Positions 38,763 to 53,100 of a stretch of 64,000 nt of DNA are shown in pieces (positions within the stretch are counted from its first letter, which is position 1; each line of letters starts with the position of its first letter). A model generated the notes under the pieces. The model had not been told where the DNA came from. It worked only from the letters and a program-made list of their open reading frames with translations, and did no database searches. Source of the DNA: Lingula anatina (Eukaryota; Animalia; Brachiopoda); NCBI GenBank assembly GCA_051362555.1, contig CM120644.1:19118534-19182533 (forward strand), given 5' to 3'. Position numbers and translations under genes: made by a program.

Positions 38763-40258
38763 CACATTAGTAGGTGTAACATTTCATATTCCTTCATAAG
38801 GCTATTAGATGTCACTCTTTCAAGTGTCAATGTCAGGTGTCACTATATCAGGTGTCACTGTGTCAGGTGTCTGTCTTGATAACTCCTATTTCTTCATAAG
38901 TACATGTGTAATCTTGTCTCTTTTTCCAGTGTCCCTTTTTGTACGACATGGTGGCTTCTGAGAGAACTGATTCCCAGGCTGGCTGCATGAACATGACTTT
39001 TTTAAATGGAAGGGTAATGGACACCTGCGGAAGCATCCCTTTGTCTTACTTTCATGTACAAAACATGAAATATGGCAAATTTTATGATTAATAAAATGTG
39101 AAAAGCCAGAAGTGGAAACCATGGTAACAGGTAATTACATGGTCTACTTCCCTTTCTCCATGAAAAAAAAACTCACCAGTAATAAACTCTTTTGTTTCTT
39201 TTGGGTTTGAGTGATTTTTGTCTTGTTGACCAATTACTGTAATTTTCCCACTTTCCTCACATTACATCACAAAAGTGCACTTCAAGTAGTAACAGCCAAC
39301 TGATGTGCCTATTATAGCTTAATATAGGTACAGATATTAACATTGATCTCTGTTTTTTACTGCTGTAAGGATTTACACATGTACAAGTATCACAAATATT
39401 GAAACAGATTTGGTAATGCTAACATTGTTTTTATTTCTTTCAGTCTGGGAATAGTGTCAGTCTCAGAAGTCAGAGCTGTCACCAGTACTAGTATCCTCTA
39501 CAATGTAAGTACATTTGAATTTTTTTCACAGTCCAGTCACCAAAGTAGGTGGGACACTTGTACACCATGATTTGGAAATTTTCTTACAATTGATTTCTTC
39601 ATTTATTAAAGGGATAACAACTGTTCCTTTTGGTCAAAAAACAGATTTTCCTGGGGCAATCGACAATTTGCCCATATTTATATCAGTGGTTAATGAATCC
39701 ATTCATACATTCATTTCTAAGTTGTTTCAGTGAATTTATTGTAAAATATGCATCTTACAAGGACAGTTGTTATCCCTTTAAGATAAAGTGTGTCCCGTCA
39801 CAAACCTACTGTTCCCAGTCAGCCACTTGTGGTCAAGAAGATGTCTGGAGATGTCACCAATAGATTCCCAGCAGATTCCATAGAAACTTCCCCTTGACCC
39901 AGCTGATTGCAGAGGCACCTGGAAAAAGTGGTGTTCATGCACAGTAATAACTTGACATTTGTTTGCCAATGTTCCCTATGTGTATATGCATAATCAGCTA
40001 TATAATTATGATTACATGATTCATGTTCAAGGATGTACTTTCTGAATCAGTGAAAATGGCCACAGAATATAATTATATTTCAGCAGGTGTACTAATACTA
40101 CCAATACCAATTGACAGATTTTCACAGAGATTGCTTTCTAACGTTATCATGGTATAAAGTCTTATGGCATAGTTCATCATGCATATAGGTGGTGCTTAAC
40201 TTAGAATATTCTTTTTTGCTTTGTTGCCTGTTGGATCATGGTGAACCATACTCTTTAT

Positions 40259-42268
40259 TGTACCACCAGCGTAGGCGCTGGCGGTACACATGGTTTTAGT
40301 CCCGACCCGTATGTTCCACCGGCTCCTGCGGCTCCGCCGCCAAGTCACCGTTACCGCTTCTCCTCCTAGACAGTAAGGGCCTCCATACCCATCTCTTGGA
40401 TTTAGGTCACGTATAATCTCAACTCGTTCCACGTAAAATTTGGGCTTTGTCAGTATTGGGGTCTAGGTGTGGCACTCATTGCAATGCACCCTTGTCCAAA
40501 AATGGCAAAATTAAATGCTAATTATCTCCCCTACGGAAGGAATTATGGAAAAAATTTCTACAGACAGCTTTCCAAAAGTCATATGTGTAGATTTCAAATA
40601 TGCCCTTGGATTTGACCTTTGACCTTTATTTCAAGGTCAAACGGGCCAATATTTTCAAAAAAACAAAATTTTTGCCGAAAAAAAAATTATTTGCGCTCTT
40701 ATTCAGACACCACACAGACTTAACTAATAATATTAATGGAAAGTGTTACCCTTCGGGTCATCTTTCATCTCCGTGAATTTGGGGTCAATCGGTGCATTTT
40801 CATGGGAGTAGCGGCCATAAGATATCGAAACTGAAAACTGTCTCTAATTCGGGAACCGTTAATGCTAGACACCCATTCTTTTTTGCATTTTGTAGAGCAT
40901 GTAAAGCCCAACACTGAAGGTGGTCTCCATTTTTTTGTATTCCATACGGTTTACGAGTTACGCTGTATCAAAAAGTACATATTGGTGGTGAAAGTAAAAT
41001 GTGCAGTACGGTAATGGATAATAAATTTTGAACTTCGGAAAAATAAAACATAAGGCTTGGCAAAGCAGACAACTTGTGGTCAAAAATGACATTAATCCAT
41101 CAAATTTGAACATCTGGAACTTCAGAGCACCTCCCATTTCAAGAATTTTGACCAAAATGACCTTTTCTTTATTTTAATTAATTTTTTCTGTAGGAAATTT
41201 ATGGCACATTATGGTAACTCCAAAATTATACCATTTAGTCCCTTATATCTCCAAAACTGGCAGAGATAGGTCCATAGTTACTATTGAAGTTGAATAGGAA
41301 GTCATATACTGGCAATCTACATGTGACCTTAAAATTGACCTTTGACCTACTTTTCACCATGAACTTAACTTTGCAAAATTTGCTTCCCTTTTATCTCCAA
41401 AACTGGCAGAGATAGGTCCATAGTTTCTATTGTAGTTGAATAGGAAGTCATATACTGGCAATCTAAATGTGACCTTAAGATTGACCTTTGACCTACTTTT
41501 CACCATGAACTGAACTTCACAAATTTTGCTTCCCTTTTATCTCCAAAACTGGCAGAGATAGGTCCATAGTTACTATTGAACATGAATAGGAAGTCATATA
41601 CTGGCAATCTAAATGTGACCTTAAAATTGACCTTTGACCTACTTTTCACCATGAACTGAACTTCACAAATTTTGCTTCCCTTTTATCTCCAAAACTGGCA
41701 GAGATAGGTCCATAGTTACTATTGAACATGAATAGGAAGTCATATACTGGCAATCTAAATGTGACCTTAAAATTGACCTTTGACCTACTTTTCACCATGA
41801 ACTGAACTTTGCATATTTTGCTTCCCCTTTATCTCCAAAACTGGCAGAGATAGGTCCATAGTTACTATTGAACGTGAATAGGAAGTCATATACTGGCAAT
41901 CTAAGTGTGACCTTGAAATTGACCTTTGACCTACTTATTATCATGAACTGAATTCTGCTAATTTCTTTCTCTTTTAACTCCAAACCTGGCAGAGATAGGC
42001 ACATAGTTACTATTGAAGTTGAATAGGAAGTCATATACTGGCAATTTACTGTGACCTTGGAATTGACCTTTGACCTACCTTACGATAAACTTATATATAT
42101 ATTTTTTGCATATTTTGAAAATTCTTGTTGATTGCATTTTTACAGCTTGTCAAGCACAAGACTCGTGGCTGTGTTCCTTATTTTGTGTATGTGGGGGTCT
42201 ATACGAATGCGCTTGCTCCAGCTTGTGGTACAATATTCGGAGGCGGTATCGCCTCTCTGATCCTCTAG
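40259..42268 (+). mobile_element. HINE family 1, copy with 6 core units
   Basis: Same termini. Core anchors at 41251, 41397, 41543, 41689, 41835 and 41980. Confidence 0.93.
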
Positions 42269-42304
42269 TTTACCATGTTTTACAGTCATATATGATGGCA
42301 GAGG

Positions 42305-42770
42305 ATTATTATTATTATTATTACCAAACTTGCAACCTGAGGGTTGGATAATTACAATCATTGCATCACAGTCGGATAAAACCATTAGTAAGTAAGAACA
42401 AAATAATATTAAAAGACATATGTAAGCAAATTTAAAACAAAATGTCTAAAATGCAAGGTTAAAAAAAAGGAATAAAAGTCTATCAGTTAATTCTGAAACT
42501 TGTATATGGCACTTGTTAAAAAGTCTCTCATTGATCATTTGGTTTTAATTTTAGGTCTTCTAAAAGTTTCCTGTTCCCTCAATGAATATTTGGCATTTTG
42601 TTTTGGTTGCAAAAGATAATACAGTCTATGATCCGGTTCATTTGATATACTAATAAACAATTTTTTGCATGCATTGATCCGTCTTTCACTCAGTAGTTCA
42701 AGTTTACTATGTTCACAAGCAGCGTCATATTCAAGTTCAGGATAAATTATCTTTGTGATGTTTGATGTTT
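42305..42770 (-). mobile_element. 3' end of a 5'-truncated LINE (CR1/L2-group-like) with (AAT)n tail
   Basis: KIIYPELEYDAACEHSKLELLSERRINACKKLF...PDHRLYYLLQP...YSLR...PKIKTK is a typical ORF2 C-terminus, followed on the minus strand by an (AAT)n tail at ~42306-42323. Confidence 0.7.
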
Positions 42771-43599
42771 GAGTTGTTTGCTTGGATTTTTTGTAATGAT
42801 AGTTTAAGAAAAAAAAAAACAATGAAGACAACACATTCTATCCTTGCAAACACTATAGATATGTACAGTGTGACTGCCCTCAGCTTATGCAAATTACCTA
42901 AATAATTTTCTTATCCTCTAACATAGGTATATGATATAAGTTTTGACCAAAAGACACATACAGGGAATGTGGCAGGATATGTAGGTCTACCTAGTGTTGC
43001 GTCCTTTGCATGCGTGTCTGACTCGTTCCATTTGGATTTAAAAAGGGTGTTAATAGATAGGGCCTATAACAATGAAGATTTAGGATGTTGATTTTCTGAT
43101 GGGGCAAAACATAATATTCTGTCTTCGTACTTATCTGATATATACTGCAACAAATCTTCTGGTTGCAAGCATGTTACAAGGGGTGCACTTGTTTCTGTAA
43201 CTTCATCTGTAATATTATCTGAAAAATATAAGAACAATAATCCTATTTATCAAAATATTTTTGTAAATGTAGGTCTTTGTTAGTATTTGTATATATTCTC
43301 ATTGGTCTGTCTATCCGCGTCGTTGCTGTTGCCGTTACTGTCAGGCACATGACATATCCCATAACTGTCCAACTGTATTTTTGTTTTACTTGAAATTTAC
43401 TGAGTGGCTTTTTTGGTTAAGAAGCAGATTGCAAATTTCACTTATCACAGAGAGGTAAAACAACATATCATGGAGCCGTGGATAAAGTTATGTTTTCAAA
43501 GTTTAAGCAATAACTAATTTAAAAGCAGATATAGCATTGAAGATAAGTCAATCCTGTACAAATGCACTTTTTACTTCAATGTATTTTCACTATTATTAC

Positions 43600-44345
43600 C
43601 TTTATTTCTGGCAACTAAGCGCCGATGTCTAAGTCTTGTGCCCATTCTCTTCTGGATATAGCCTGTGCATTCTTCTTTAGTAATTTCAATGTCCAGACCA
43701 TAGGGCTGCTGTTGCTGGACCCTCCAGAAGGCTGGGCTGTCCCCATCCCCTACAAATGGATTGTAGCATAACCAATCAAGTTACATGGAATGACTGTATA
43801 AAATGGCACCCTCAGCTTCCATGGCCTGGGTTGAGCCTTCGTGGTTGCAAGGGCACTCCTCGAAGTGTTTCAGTTGAAAGTCAACCCCTTCCACCGTGGT
43901 GTGGGGCAGCTTTTGAAAATGGTCACGTCTGACAGATGGTACACATATAGTGAAGGTCCAGAATTTCCCCCGTATCCACTGAAATTGCAGCTACAAATCC
44001 ATGTTTAGACAAGTTTCTGGTTTGCCAGGAACCGTCGATGGTAACCCCATAGTCCACAATTTCCCCTGGATCGACATCGCTCCCTCGGAAGACCTGCTTC
44101 ATGGGAAGCGCGGCGCTATACATGCTTTCCTGAGCTCTCTCCCTGGCGTGGTTGCCTAAGACCTGTGTGTAGAGACGCCAACTGTTGTTAGCCACTAGAG
44201 CCGGCCTGGAGAGGTTCTCAGCAGTAGTGTTCCCCCTTCCAATAGCTTGCATGCCTTGTTGACTTCGAAAAACCTCCCCGTCTTTCGCAATGTAGAAGTC
44301 CAGCCTTCCTCTGGCACACCACCGCATGCCGTGCATGCCCATCTC
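43600..44345 (-). pseudogene. Kolobok-type (Pfam Mutator-like) transposase fragment
   Basis: VTIDGSWQTR...HGFVAAISVDTGEILD...CTICQT, NHEGSTQAMEAEG, FVGDGDS and KEECTGYIQKRMGTRLR. Paralogous to 59640-61850, with stops and frameshifts. Confidence 0.85.
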
Positions 44346-44369
44346 ATACCCCTACCATAGTATGAAACA

Positions 44370-45540
44370 TTTTACTTTTAATACTGCCTTAAATTCTTTA
44401 AATTAATTTTGATTTAAATCTCCATTGATTTAAATTTCCCATTACAAATTTCCTACATATTCACAATATGAAAACATCTTGAATCCATCTCACAATAGTA
44501 AGACTTTTGATATCTCCATTCTTCCTAACTTCTTCTGTCACAGTCACCTATAACCAATAAAGATCAGATAAATATAAAAACTCAAAATATATCATTACAT
44601 CTTTTATCACATAAGTAGTAAAATTAAATGATATAAATGATATATAAGCTACATATTTACTCCACTAAATCCGTATAACAGATATCCAAATTTCTGTCTT
44701 CAAATATGTATAATAGTGTTATAAATAAAATCAAGAAAGTATCTCTTACCTCAAAGAAACCTTTTTAGTATAATACAAAAATTCCATAACTTCCCCCATT
44801 TTCTTCAAACTTGTAACCTTATTACATTTCCCTAAGTCACCTGTAAACAACAATAAAATTAATAATAAATCAATACATTTATAAATACTTCCAACATACC
44901 ATATTATATACGCACATAAAAAATATACCCCTACGGATACATCTTCTGCTCTGCAATAAGAAAAAAGGAAAAACATCTCTACCATACAAAAATTCACCTG
45001 AAATAATATATATCCCTCATAAGAAAAGTAACTTTAAGCATTGTTCCCTGCTTATAAAGTTTTTTATCTTTTCTAAATTTTCTACTTAAATTTTTTGTGA
45101 TTTCACATACAGTCCTTCAAAACCCCATATATCAAAAATATATATCCAAATGGGTACATCTTCTGCTCTGTAGCAACAAAGACATGTTTTCCCAACCTCA
45201 ACTTTACAAATTCCTTCAACTTCTTTTTCCTGCAACATTCCAAGATAATTAAAGTCATATTTTTTTCATAAAAAATAACAATTCCAAACATTTCTTACAC
45301 AATAAATTGCTCTTCATCGCCTCCAAATTCCTAACCAAAATTTATGCTGAACATTCATACAGCTTTCTATCATTCCATTTTTTGGACAATTGCTCTAATA
45401 CAACAGAGTCAGCAGGTTTACAGCCTGTAAACTCTAATATTTTTAATGCCTGTTCATAGCAATCAAGTGGGGTGTCAACCCAATCACCTTTCTCTTCCAT
45501 CAAAATGGTGCACATATTTTGGCCATCCATAACTTTAAAA
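44370..45540 (-). mobile_element. Highly decayed coding-like segment, possibly a LINE ORF2 C-terminal region
   Basis: A-rich minus strand with broken Lys-rich frames. No decisive motif. Confidence 0.25.
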
Positions 45541-45560
45541 TAATCAATGTGCTTACTCCT

Positions 45561-45608
45561 GCTGGTGGTACAATACCAGGAGGTGGTATCGCCTCTCTGA
45601 TCCTCTAG
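45561..45608 (+). mobile_element. Isolated 3' terminus of HINE family 1
   Basis: gctggtggtacaataccaggaggtggtatcgcctctctgatcctctag followed by a T-run. Confidence 0.85.
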
Positions 45609-45829
45609 TTTTCATTTGCTTAATTCATTTTTGCATCAAAACAAACATTTATCCATAAAATCTGTCTTAATTTCTTCAAGAATATAATGTAAAAATGTTT
45701 CACAAGTCGGTAGGAAATTATTACTTTTTTTAAATATCTAACAATAGTCCCTTACCTGATAAGGGAAAAGAATTCTAAGAAAGCACTTTCGCTAAAAGAT
45801 TCATATGGCCAGACAATTTTCACTGTGAA

Positions 45830-46340
45830 TGCAGATAATCAGTAAACATTACAAATAATATCCATGACCTGAACACCTTTTCCAGTCACATTTTAGAAGT
45901 TGCACTTGCAACTAATGTGAATGACACAGGGCCTAGCCCCTTAAAGTGCTATCCAATGAACTTTACTTCAAGTTCATTGTTTTTTATTTCTCACCCACTT
46001 CCATTGGGATGTGGTGCTTCAATCCACTGCTTGGTAGCAGATCTGTGGATTTTTGTTTGATAATTTGATCTCTCAGTATACAAAATCAGAGCATCTTGGG
46101 TAAGAGGCATTCTCTGGTCACTTGGGGTTGACAAGCAAAATATGTTGAATCTGGCCTCATTGACATTACTAGCTTCCTTCTGGCTATAAAGATTGCAGAC
46201 AAATTGTTCCATCACTTTTGATTTTCTTTCTGCAACTGCGAAGACTGCTCAAAGACAGGAGAAAGCCTCTATGAAGTCACTATTGCCATAATTCATGTAT
46301 ATATCAAAAGCTTTCCTCTCTCCTTTCCCCAAAAAAGGGT
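45830..46340 (-). pseudogene. Academ-type transposase C-terminal (XPG-like nuclease) relic
   Basis: GKGERKAF...MEQFVCNLY...VNEARFNIF...MPLTQDALILYTERSNYQTKI...APHPNGSG*, followed by a decayed Cys cluster. Confidence 0.75.
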
Positions 46341-47733
46341 TGCAGATAGTACGTTAGAAGCACTGGAAGTTTTGGTATGCCAAGCATCGAATATTTGAAT
46401 TCACTAAATGAGAATAGAATTAATGATTTTTTTTAAGTGTGTGGATGTTTCGATGTAACCTTGCTTGCCTTAAACATAGCCAGCCATCCTATGTTTTTCA
46501 GCAGTTCCTCCAGTTAGTCCATGTATTGAATCTTTGTAGGAAAGTGTAGGTAGTCCTGCCAAAGATTTTGTCTATTCTCTACTGATACTGGACTGAGCTG
46601 GGAGGTCCACAGCTGGCTTCTCCCAGACTCAACCATCTGGATCTATCACAACATTTCATAAAAAGAATGTAATTTAAATTTAAATAGTCAACCAAATTCT
46701 CATGACATCATTGTGTATGTCTCAATAACAAACCAAAGAAGCTGAATGAGCAAGGGAAATAGCAGAAAATATGTCAAAATTACCATCAAAATGGCATCTA
46801 TTTCTGTGGAATTCCAACCCTACCGCTTTTTAGGAACAGTTTGTTTAGGGTTTGAATGGATGATTGAAGCAGGAAATATGCCTACTGCAAGAAAATATAT
46901 TAAACAGAACGTGCAAAAGGTTATTTAAATAAAAAATTATTTGAAGTCACTGAAAAATGATCACAAAATTACCTTCACTAGCGTTACATGATGTGTCCCA
47001 GCCCAATGAAAACTTCATCTAATCCTATCTTTCCATATTAAAACTCTTCAATGCGTCCAAAGTAGTCTGTTGGTTACCTTGTGTCATGAAGTCCATGATA
47101 ATATCAGTTTTCTTAAGAATTTCACATTTCTTGCTTAACAAGGTCGATTTTTCTTCATCGTGTCCCATGTAACATTAGTTACACTGAAACTTCAGAGATC
47201 GATTTCTATCAGATGACTTTAAAATGCCGCGTGAAAATTATACATCGAGAGCGATCTGCTTCCATACTCACTAATTGATGACATCTCACACACAAATGGC
47301 TTCTTTTGCACACTGGAAAGCCAGGTAAAACTGCCACGTGCTCCATTTTAATAACAAGTATTGCAGTGACACTGGAGATCGGATGCAGGGCACAGGTGTA
47401 CTTCCCTCGATTTAACCGCCACAGGACTGTTTATGGAGATCTTCTTTGTATGAAGGAGGGAAATACTGAGCTTCGTTTCATTTTTCTTCAATTGATTACC
47501 TATTGAAAAGTATACATGTGTACTGATTAATTCTTACCATCTGATTAGTAGGGTGACTTCGTCTGAACTTTTCATTATGAAAATCTGACAGAGGAGGCAC
47601 ATTGCAAATTTTTTGAAATTCCAAATCAAGCCTTAACAGATAAAATCACCAAATATTGTACCAAATATCTTTTGGCATACTAAATCAAAATGAAGTTATA
47701 ATAGCTTGATCTTTGGAGAATTTACCCATTTGA

Positions 47734-47767
<34 letters not shown>

Positions 47768-48149
47768 TGGAATTCCAGGATTTTCTGGATCCTAAGGTGG
47801 CTCAGGATCCCTGCTGATTGAGTGTTTTGTTGTACAATTAATTTTCTGAGATTAAAAAAAAATTAAATATGGCTGCCTTGCCAAACTTGCCCACCTGTAT
47901 GGCAACTCTGTGGTAATCAATGCAAGAATTCTCTCTTAACATCCAGCTCAGCATAACATGGCTTGTTGGCCTCTTCACTGTACATTGCAATCAGACACAA
48001 CAAAACAGTAACCTGATTTGACAGCACTGAAGTCAAAAAGACCTACTTGGATTTAGGCCATTTGCAACCTTACATCTTTGATCTTTCAAAAGAGAATATT
48101 CAGTTTCTGTTTTATCTTATAGGTCTTGGGGGAGGGGGCATTTCACTTT

Positions 48150-49420
48150 CTTTTTGGAATATTTTGCTTTCTTCTCACTTGTGGACTATTTCAGGGTGTC
48201 TGGAAGACGAGTTCTATACTACATCTTTTGTTCAACTGCCTATCCAAATAAGGTATGAAAATGTTGCCAGCATAATCATCCAATGTGGTGACACAGGCAG
48301 GAAGACTGTGGACAATGGTTGCACCATGTAGCACCTCACAGTCATGTGTTGGTGGTTGATCTGGTTGTTCACGTGGCTCGGGGCTTTCAAATATCTGAAA
48401 GTGAAGGAGGGAATGACAGGTCCACCTAAAGGACAGGAATTTCCTAAAAGTTACAAAGTTTTGCATTGAGATATATAATTGACCATATAGTCATGTTATT
48501 CTGTACAAATTTAATTGTGTAATCTTTCTTAGGATTGATCTTTCTATGGGCTTTTCTGAAGGGTGCTGAGGAATTCTTCTTGGTAGAAGTATGAATGGAC
48601 ACTGTGCATCCATAGAAAAGACTATCTAAAGAAACTGCAGGTATTGTTTCTAGCATGTCCATATGAAAATGCTGGGTTCTCAGTCAAATCTTAAGTTTGA
48701 CTTGTACTTATCTTTTACCATATTGTTCTCCTGCTCATGACCCTGATTGAATGGGATGGCTGAAAACAATTGGCTGTTTCAGAAATCACGCAGTTTGAAG
48801 CATTTTCCAGTCCTGCACAGCAGAGACTTAAGGACAGACACCTGCCTGGCCTAGTAAACATGGGCCAAGGCAAAGATAAGGTGCTGCTTGATCCAATGCT
48901 TCAACATGAGAGGTATATTTTCTCTCCTTAAGGGCTCTGCTACACAGTGGAATGTCATGATAATATTTCATGATCTGATCTTAGAACATGAATGTTGACC
49001 AGATTCTTATGTAGCAATTAAGTCTTTTCTGCAAGTGAGGATGGGAGTTTCATCATTTGAACCACTATTGAGCTAGAGATTGCACAGGGTTAAGTGCAAG
49101 ATGATGAGCATCATGTACTTGTTTTGAACCAGTGTGAGGCCTTCATAGAAAAAAGAGATCTCTTCAGTCTCAGTCTTCTAAGAGATGACACCAAGTGTCT
49201 TTTGGATTGAAATTTTTGTCCAATCTTCTCCCCCCCCCCCCCCTCCCCCAGTATTAGAATGCTTCCCTTCACCGTTCATTAATTACTATAATTGCACTCG
49301 CTGTAGTAACTGATCAAATATGGTTGCTGTTACTGGAATTTGGCCTGGATTCAGATATATATTCAACTATTTGGCCAAAAACATCCATGTCATGCTTAAT
49401 TTGATTGCCTTTATTGTGGA
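48150..49420 (-). pseudogene. Academ-type transposase central-region relic
   Basis: Fragments LNPGQIPVTA, LIFALAHVY*ARQVSV, FSAIPFNQGHEQEN and EVLHGATIVHSLP...TLDDYAGNIFIPYL appear in the expected order with many disablements. Confidence 0.7.
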
Positions 49421-50129
49421 TTCTAAAACCATCAGATAATTGATTTTGACTTTACTTATAATATTTATATTTACATGCAGAATATGATTGAAAATGTGCA
49501 TTTGTCATGAAAAAAAAAACACTGCAGCAGTAAAAGAGGTAACAAAAATAAATAAAAAGCTCCCATTTAACTACAAAATTTCTTACTGGCTGTATGTGTT
49601 TATAAAGTAGGTATGTTTCAAAAATCAGCCTGGTTGGATCATTATTACATTAATTCTTGATTACTTTTTTGCATTTTTTCAAGCGTCATATCTTTTGGTA
49701 TAAGTGTATGCTCCCAAAAATGCAAAGCTATTTTTGTTTTTACTTAAAATTTGCTGGCTGGCTATATGTTGATAAGGCAGCTTCATATTGATAATCAGTA
49801 TGATGAATTATTTATGTGATTTCCAATTGCTTTATCGTCTTTCAGACATGATGTTTTTTCCACGGATCCATGGAATTCTGCATTTTTACGTGATCTCAGA
49901 GCATCTAAGATAAAAAAAAAAATAGGTTAGTTTTTTTTTACCCCATGATAACTGTTCAGAGGAGATTTTTTTTTTTGAGACCTCAGCTCACTTTTTACTT
50001 TAAATTTGCTGAGTCACCTTATTTTTTATTATGGCAGGTTCAGTTTGAAAATCAACACGATTGAATATCCTGACAAAGTTTTATCTTTTCAGAGGTTTTT
50101 ATGTATATATGTCAGATAGACTAATAATC

Positions 50130-53100
50130 TGACTTTCAATTTGACCTTGACTTCTGTGACCTGGTACAATCATTAAAACGTATATAGGGTAGACAATTGC
50201 AAAGACACCAAAAGTAAGTTTCTTTATGGAGAATTATCCGAGATGTGTTTATTTTTTTAAATAGAATTCCATAAATTGGTGACCATCTTGAACTATTTGC
50301 CCACATGGGGTTATTCTCCAGAGGGTTAGGAGACTAGTATGATTTAGTATGTCAAAAGGTATCTATTATATGTACACCTGCAAAATTTGATGTTTTTTGT
50401 CCAGCTAGCTGCCAATTATAGATGATGTCCTTAAAAATCTATCATGTGCTTAGATTGTGACTGGTTGTGATTGCATTGTGTCCGGCATGCACCACTGTCA
50501 CAATCTGTGAAAGCAGGACAAATTCTCTTATCCTTATTATTGTCTCAAATATTGTTTACAAATATTATTAGTTTATGAAGATTAATTGAAAGTATAAAAT
50601 AACCATAGAATTCTGAAGTCAATAATGTTGTTTTTTATCTATCAAAGGGCCAGTAAGAGAACCACAGATACACCTACCAGTATAAATATAATTATAACAC
50701 AGGGACTGGTAGCACGGCGTCTTTCTTTGAAGACATGTGCATTCTGGTAAAGATTCGCCTTTGGTCTCAGATAAGCTGTTTTGATAGCTCCACGGGAGCT
50801 TGAACAGATAATGATCATTGACACGCGCGCAGTGCCTCAGTGATTTTGTATTATTCTTTTGCACTGATAATGTAATTTCTCGCCATCCCATGTGGTTACT
50901 ATTATACAGCATTGCCGCCATCTTGCAGGTGCAAACATATAGGCTTACATCCACACGTGGAAATTTATTTCGGTTTTCGACATCTTTCTCATGTTACCTC
51001 ATAGAACGGGTTCTGGAGTTTATCTTCTATTCCTGTTGAGTTTTCCTGTTCGTGAGGTAGTCACTGTCAGGACAGGTATAAACACCCAATGATCAGAATT
51101 CTCCTGGCTAAATGTAGCTGTGACATCCTGGAACTTCAGAAGATCAATCAAATTTACACAGTTGTCAACATCATCATAGTATGGTGTTTATGATATTTGG
51201 TTTTTCAGTTGGCAACTAAATTTTTCATTAAAAGTTACCCCTCTTTGCAGTTATTCAAGTAAGAGGTTAATTTCACCAATAATTATTTTATAGTAATAAA
51301 AACAGCATATATTGGACAAAAAAATTCTATGTTTTCACTGTTTTTTTTTTTCATTGTTCTTTTTAACATGATTCTAAATAAAATAAGTTTTGTCAAATTG
51401 ATGTGTGATCACTACTCTATTACTGTAATAAAGATAATGTCAAATGTGAATAAAAATGTTATCAGGATCCGCAGATTTTACAAAACTGCATGATGGTTAG
51501 TGTTGCCAGTATGTGTCTGGCCACCAAGTTTGTGGCATAGTCTGAGAAATGGAATTAAATATGCAATCTCAAGCAAACAAGTAAGACTGTCTGAATATAT
51601 AATCCATTTTTATGTTAGATTTTTCTTAATATTAGATATCAAAAATTAAACAACCTAAGTACATTCCTACATTTATTATCAGTATAGTATACATTAATGG
51701 TGATTGTTACTGAAGAAAAATATTGAATTAACGTGCAGTTTAATTGGATAACTCCTCCTGTAAACTCTTTTTGTGAACAGAGACATGTTGGATATCTTTG
51801 ACATTTGTCTATCCCTTCCTATTTGTATCACAATCAGTATTTTTTAAAGGTTTAAACTGATTATTAATTGGACCACAGTTAATTATTGTCAAAATTTTCA
51901 CCGGCACACCATTTAACATTAACTTTGCAAATGGGCAAAGAGTCATTGTTTACAGTTACTACTGGAAATAAATGGAATGTTTTAGGCCCTTCCTTGAAAG
52001 TCCTGACGGAATTTTACTTTTTAAAATAGATATTGTTGCAGTGCTTTTTTGCTGTGTGGTATCTGTACATTTACCAGCTTTGCTGTCCAGTCTTATATTG
52101 GTCAAATAGACTTTTGACATCTGACTTTCAATTGGCTTTCAAACCCTGACTTTGTGACCCAGCACATTCATTAAAAGGTATATAGGGTATACATAGCAAA
52201 GGCGCCAAAAGTAAGTTTTTTTATGGAGAATTATCCGAGATGTGTTTATTTTTTTAAATAGAATTCCATAAATTGGTGACCATCTTGAACTATTTGCCCA
52301 CATGGGGTTATTCTCCAGAGGGTTAGGAGACTAGTATGATTTAGTATGTCAAAAGGTATCTATTATATGTACACCTGCAAAATTTGATGTTTTTTGTCCA
52401 GCTAGCTGCCAATTATAGATGATGTCCTTAAAAATCTATCATGTGCTTAGATTGTGACTGGTTGTGATTGCATTGTGTCCGGCATGCACCACTGTCACAA
52501 TCTGTGAAAGCAGGACAAATTCTCTTATCCTTATTATTGTCTCAAATATTGTTTACAAATATTATTAGTTTATGAAGATTAATTGAAAGTATAAAATAAC
52601 CATAGAATTCTGAAGTCAATAATGTTGTTTTTTATCTATCAAAGGGCCAGTAAGAGAACCACAGATACACCTACCAGTATAAATATAATTATAACACAGG
52701 GACTGGTAGCACGGCGTCTTTCTTTGAAGACATGTGCATTCTGGTAAAGATTCGCCTTTGGTCTCAGATAAGCTGTTTTGATAGCTCCACGGGAGCTTGA
52801 ACAGATAATGATCATTGACACGCGCGCAGTGCCTCAGTGATTTTCTATTATTCTTTTGCACTGATAATGTAATTTCTCGCCATCCCATGTGGTTACTATT
52901 ATACAGCATTGCCGCCATCTTGCAGGTGCAAACATATAGGCTTACATCAACACGTGGAAATTTATTTCGGTTTTCGACATCTTTCTCATGTTACCTCATA
53001 GAACGGGTTCTGGAGTTTATCTTCTATTCCTGTTGAGTTTTCCTGTTCGTGAGGTAGTCACTGTCAGGACAGGTATAAACACCCAATGATCAGAATTCTC

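Noticed and set aside
50619-53036. Duplicated 60-111 aa ORFs as real genes
   Set aside because: They overlap on both strands with no domain signal, and their identity is explained by the recent duplication.
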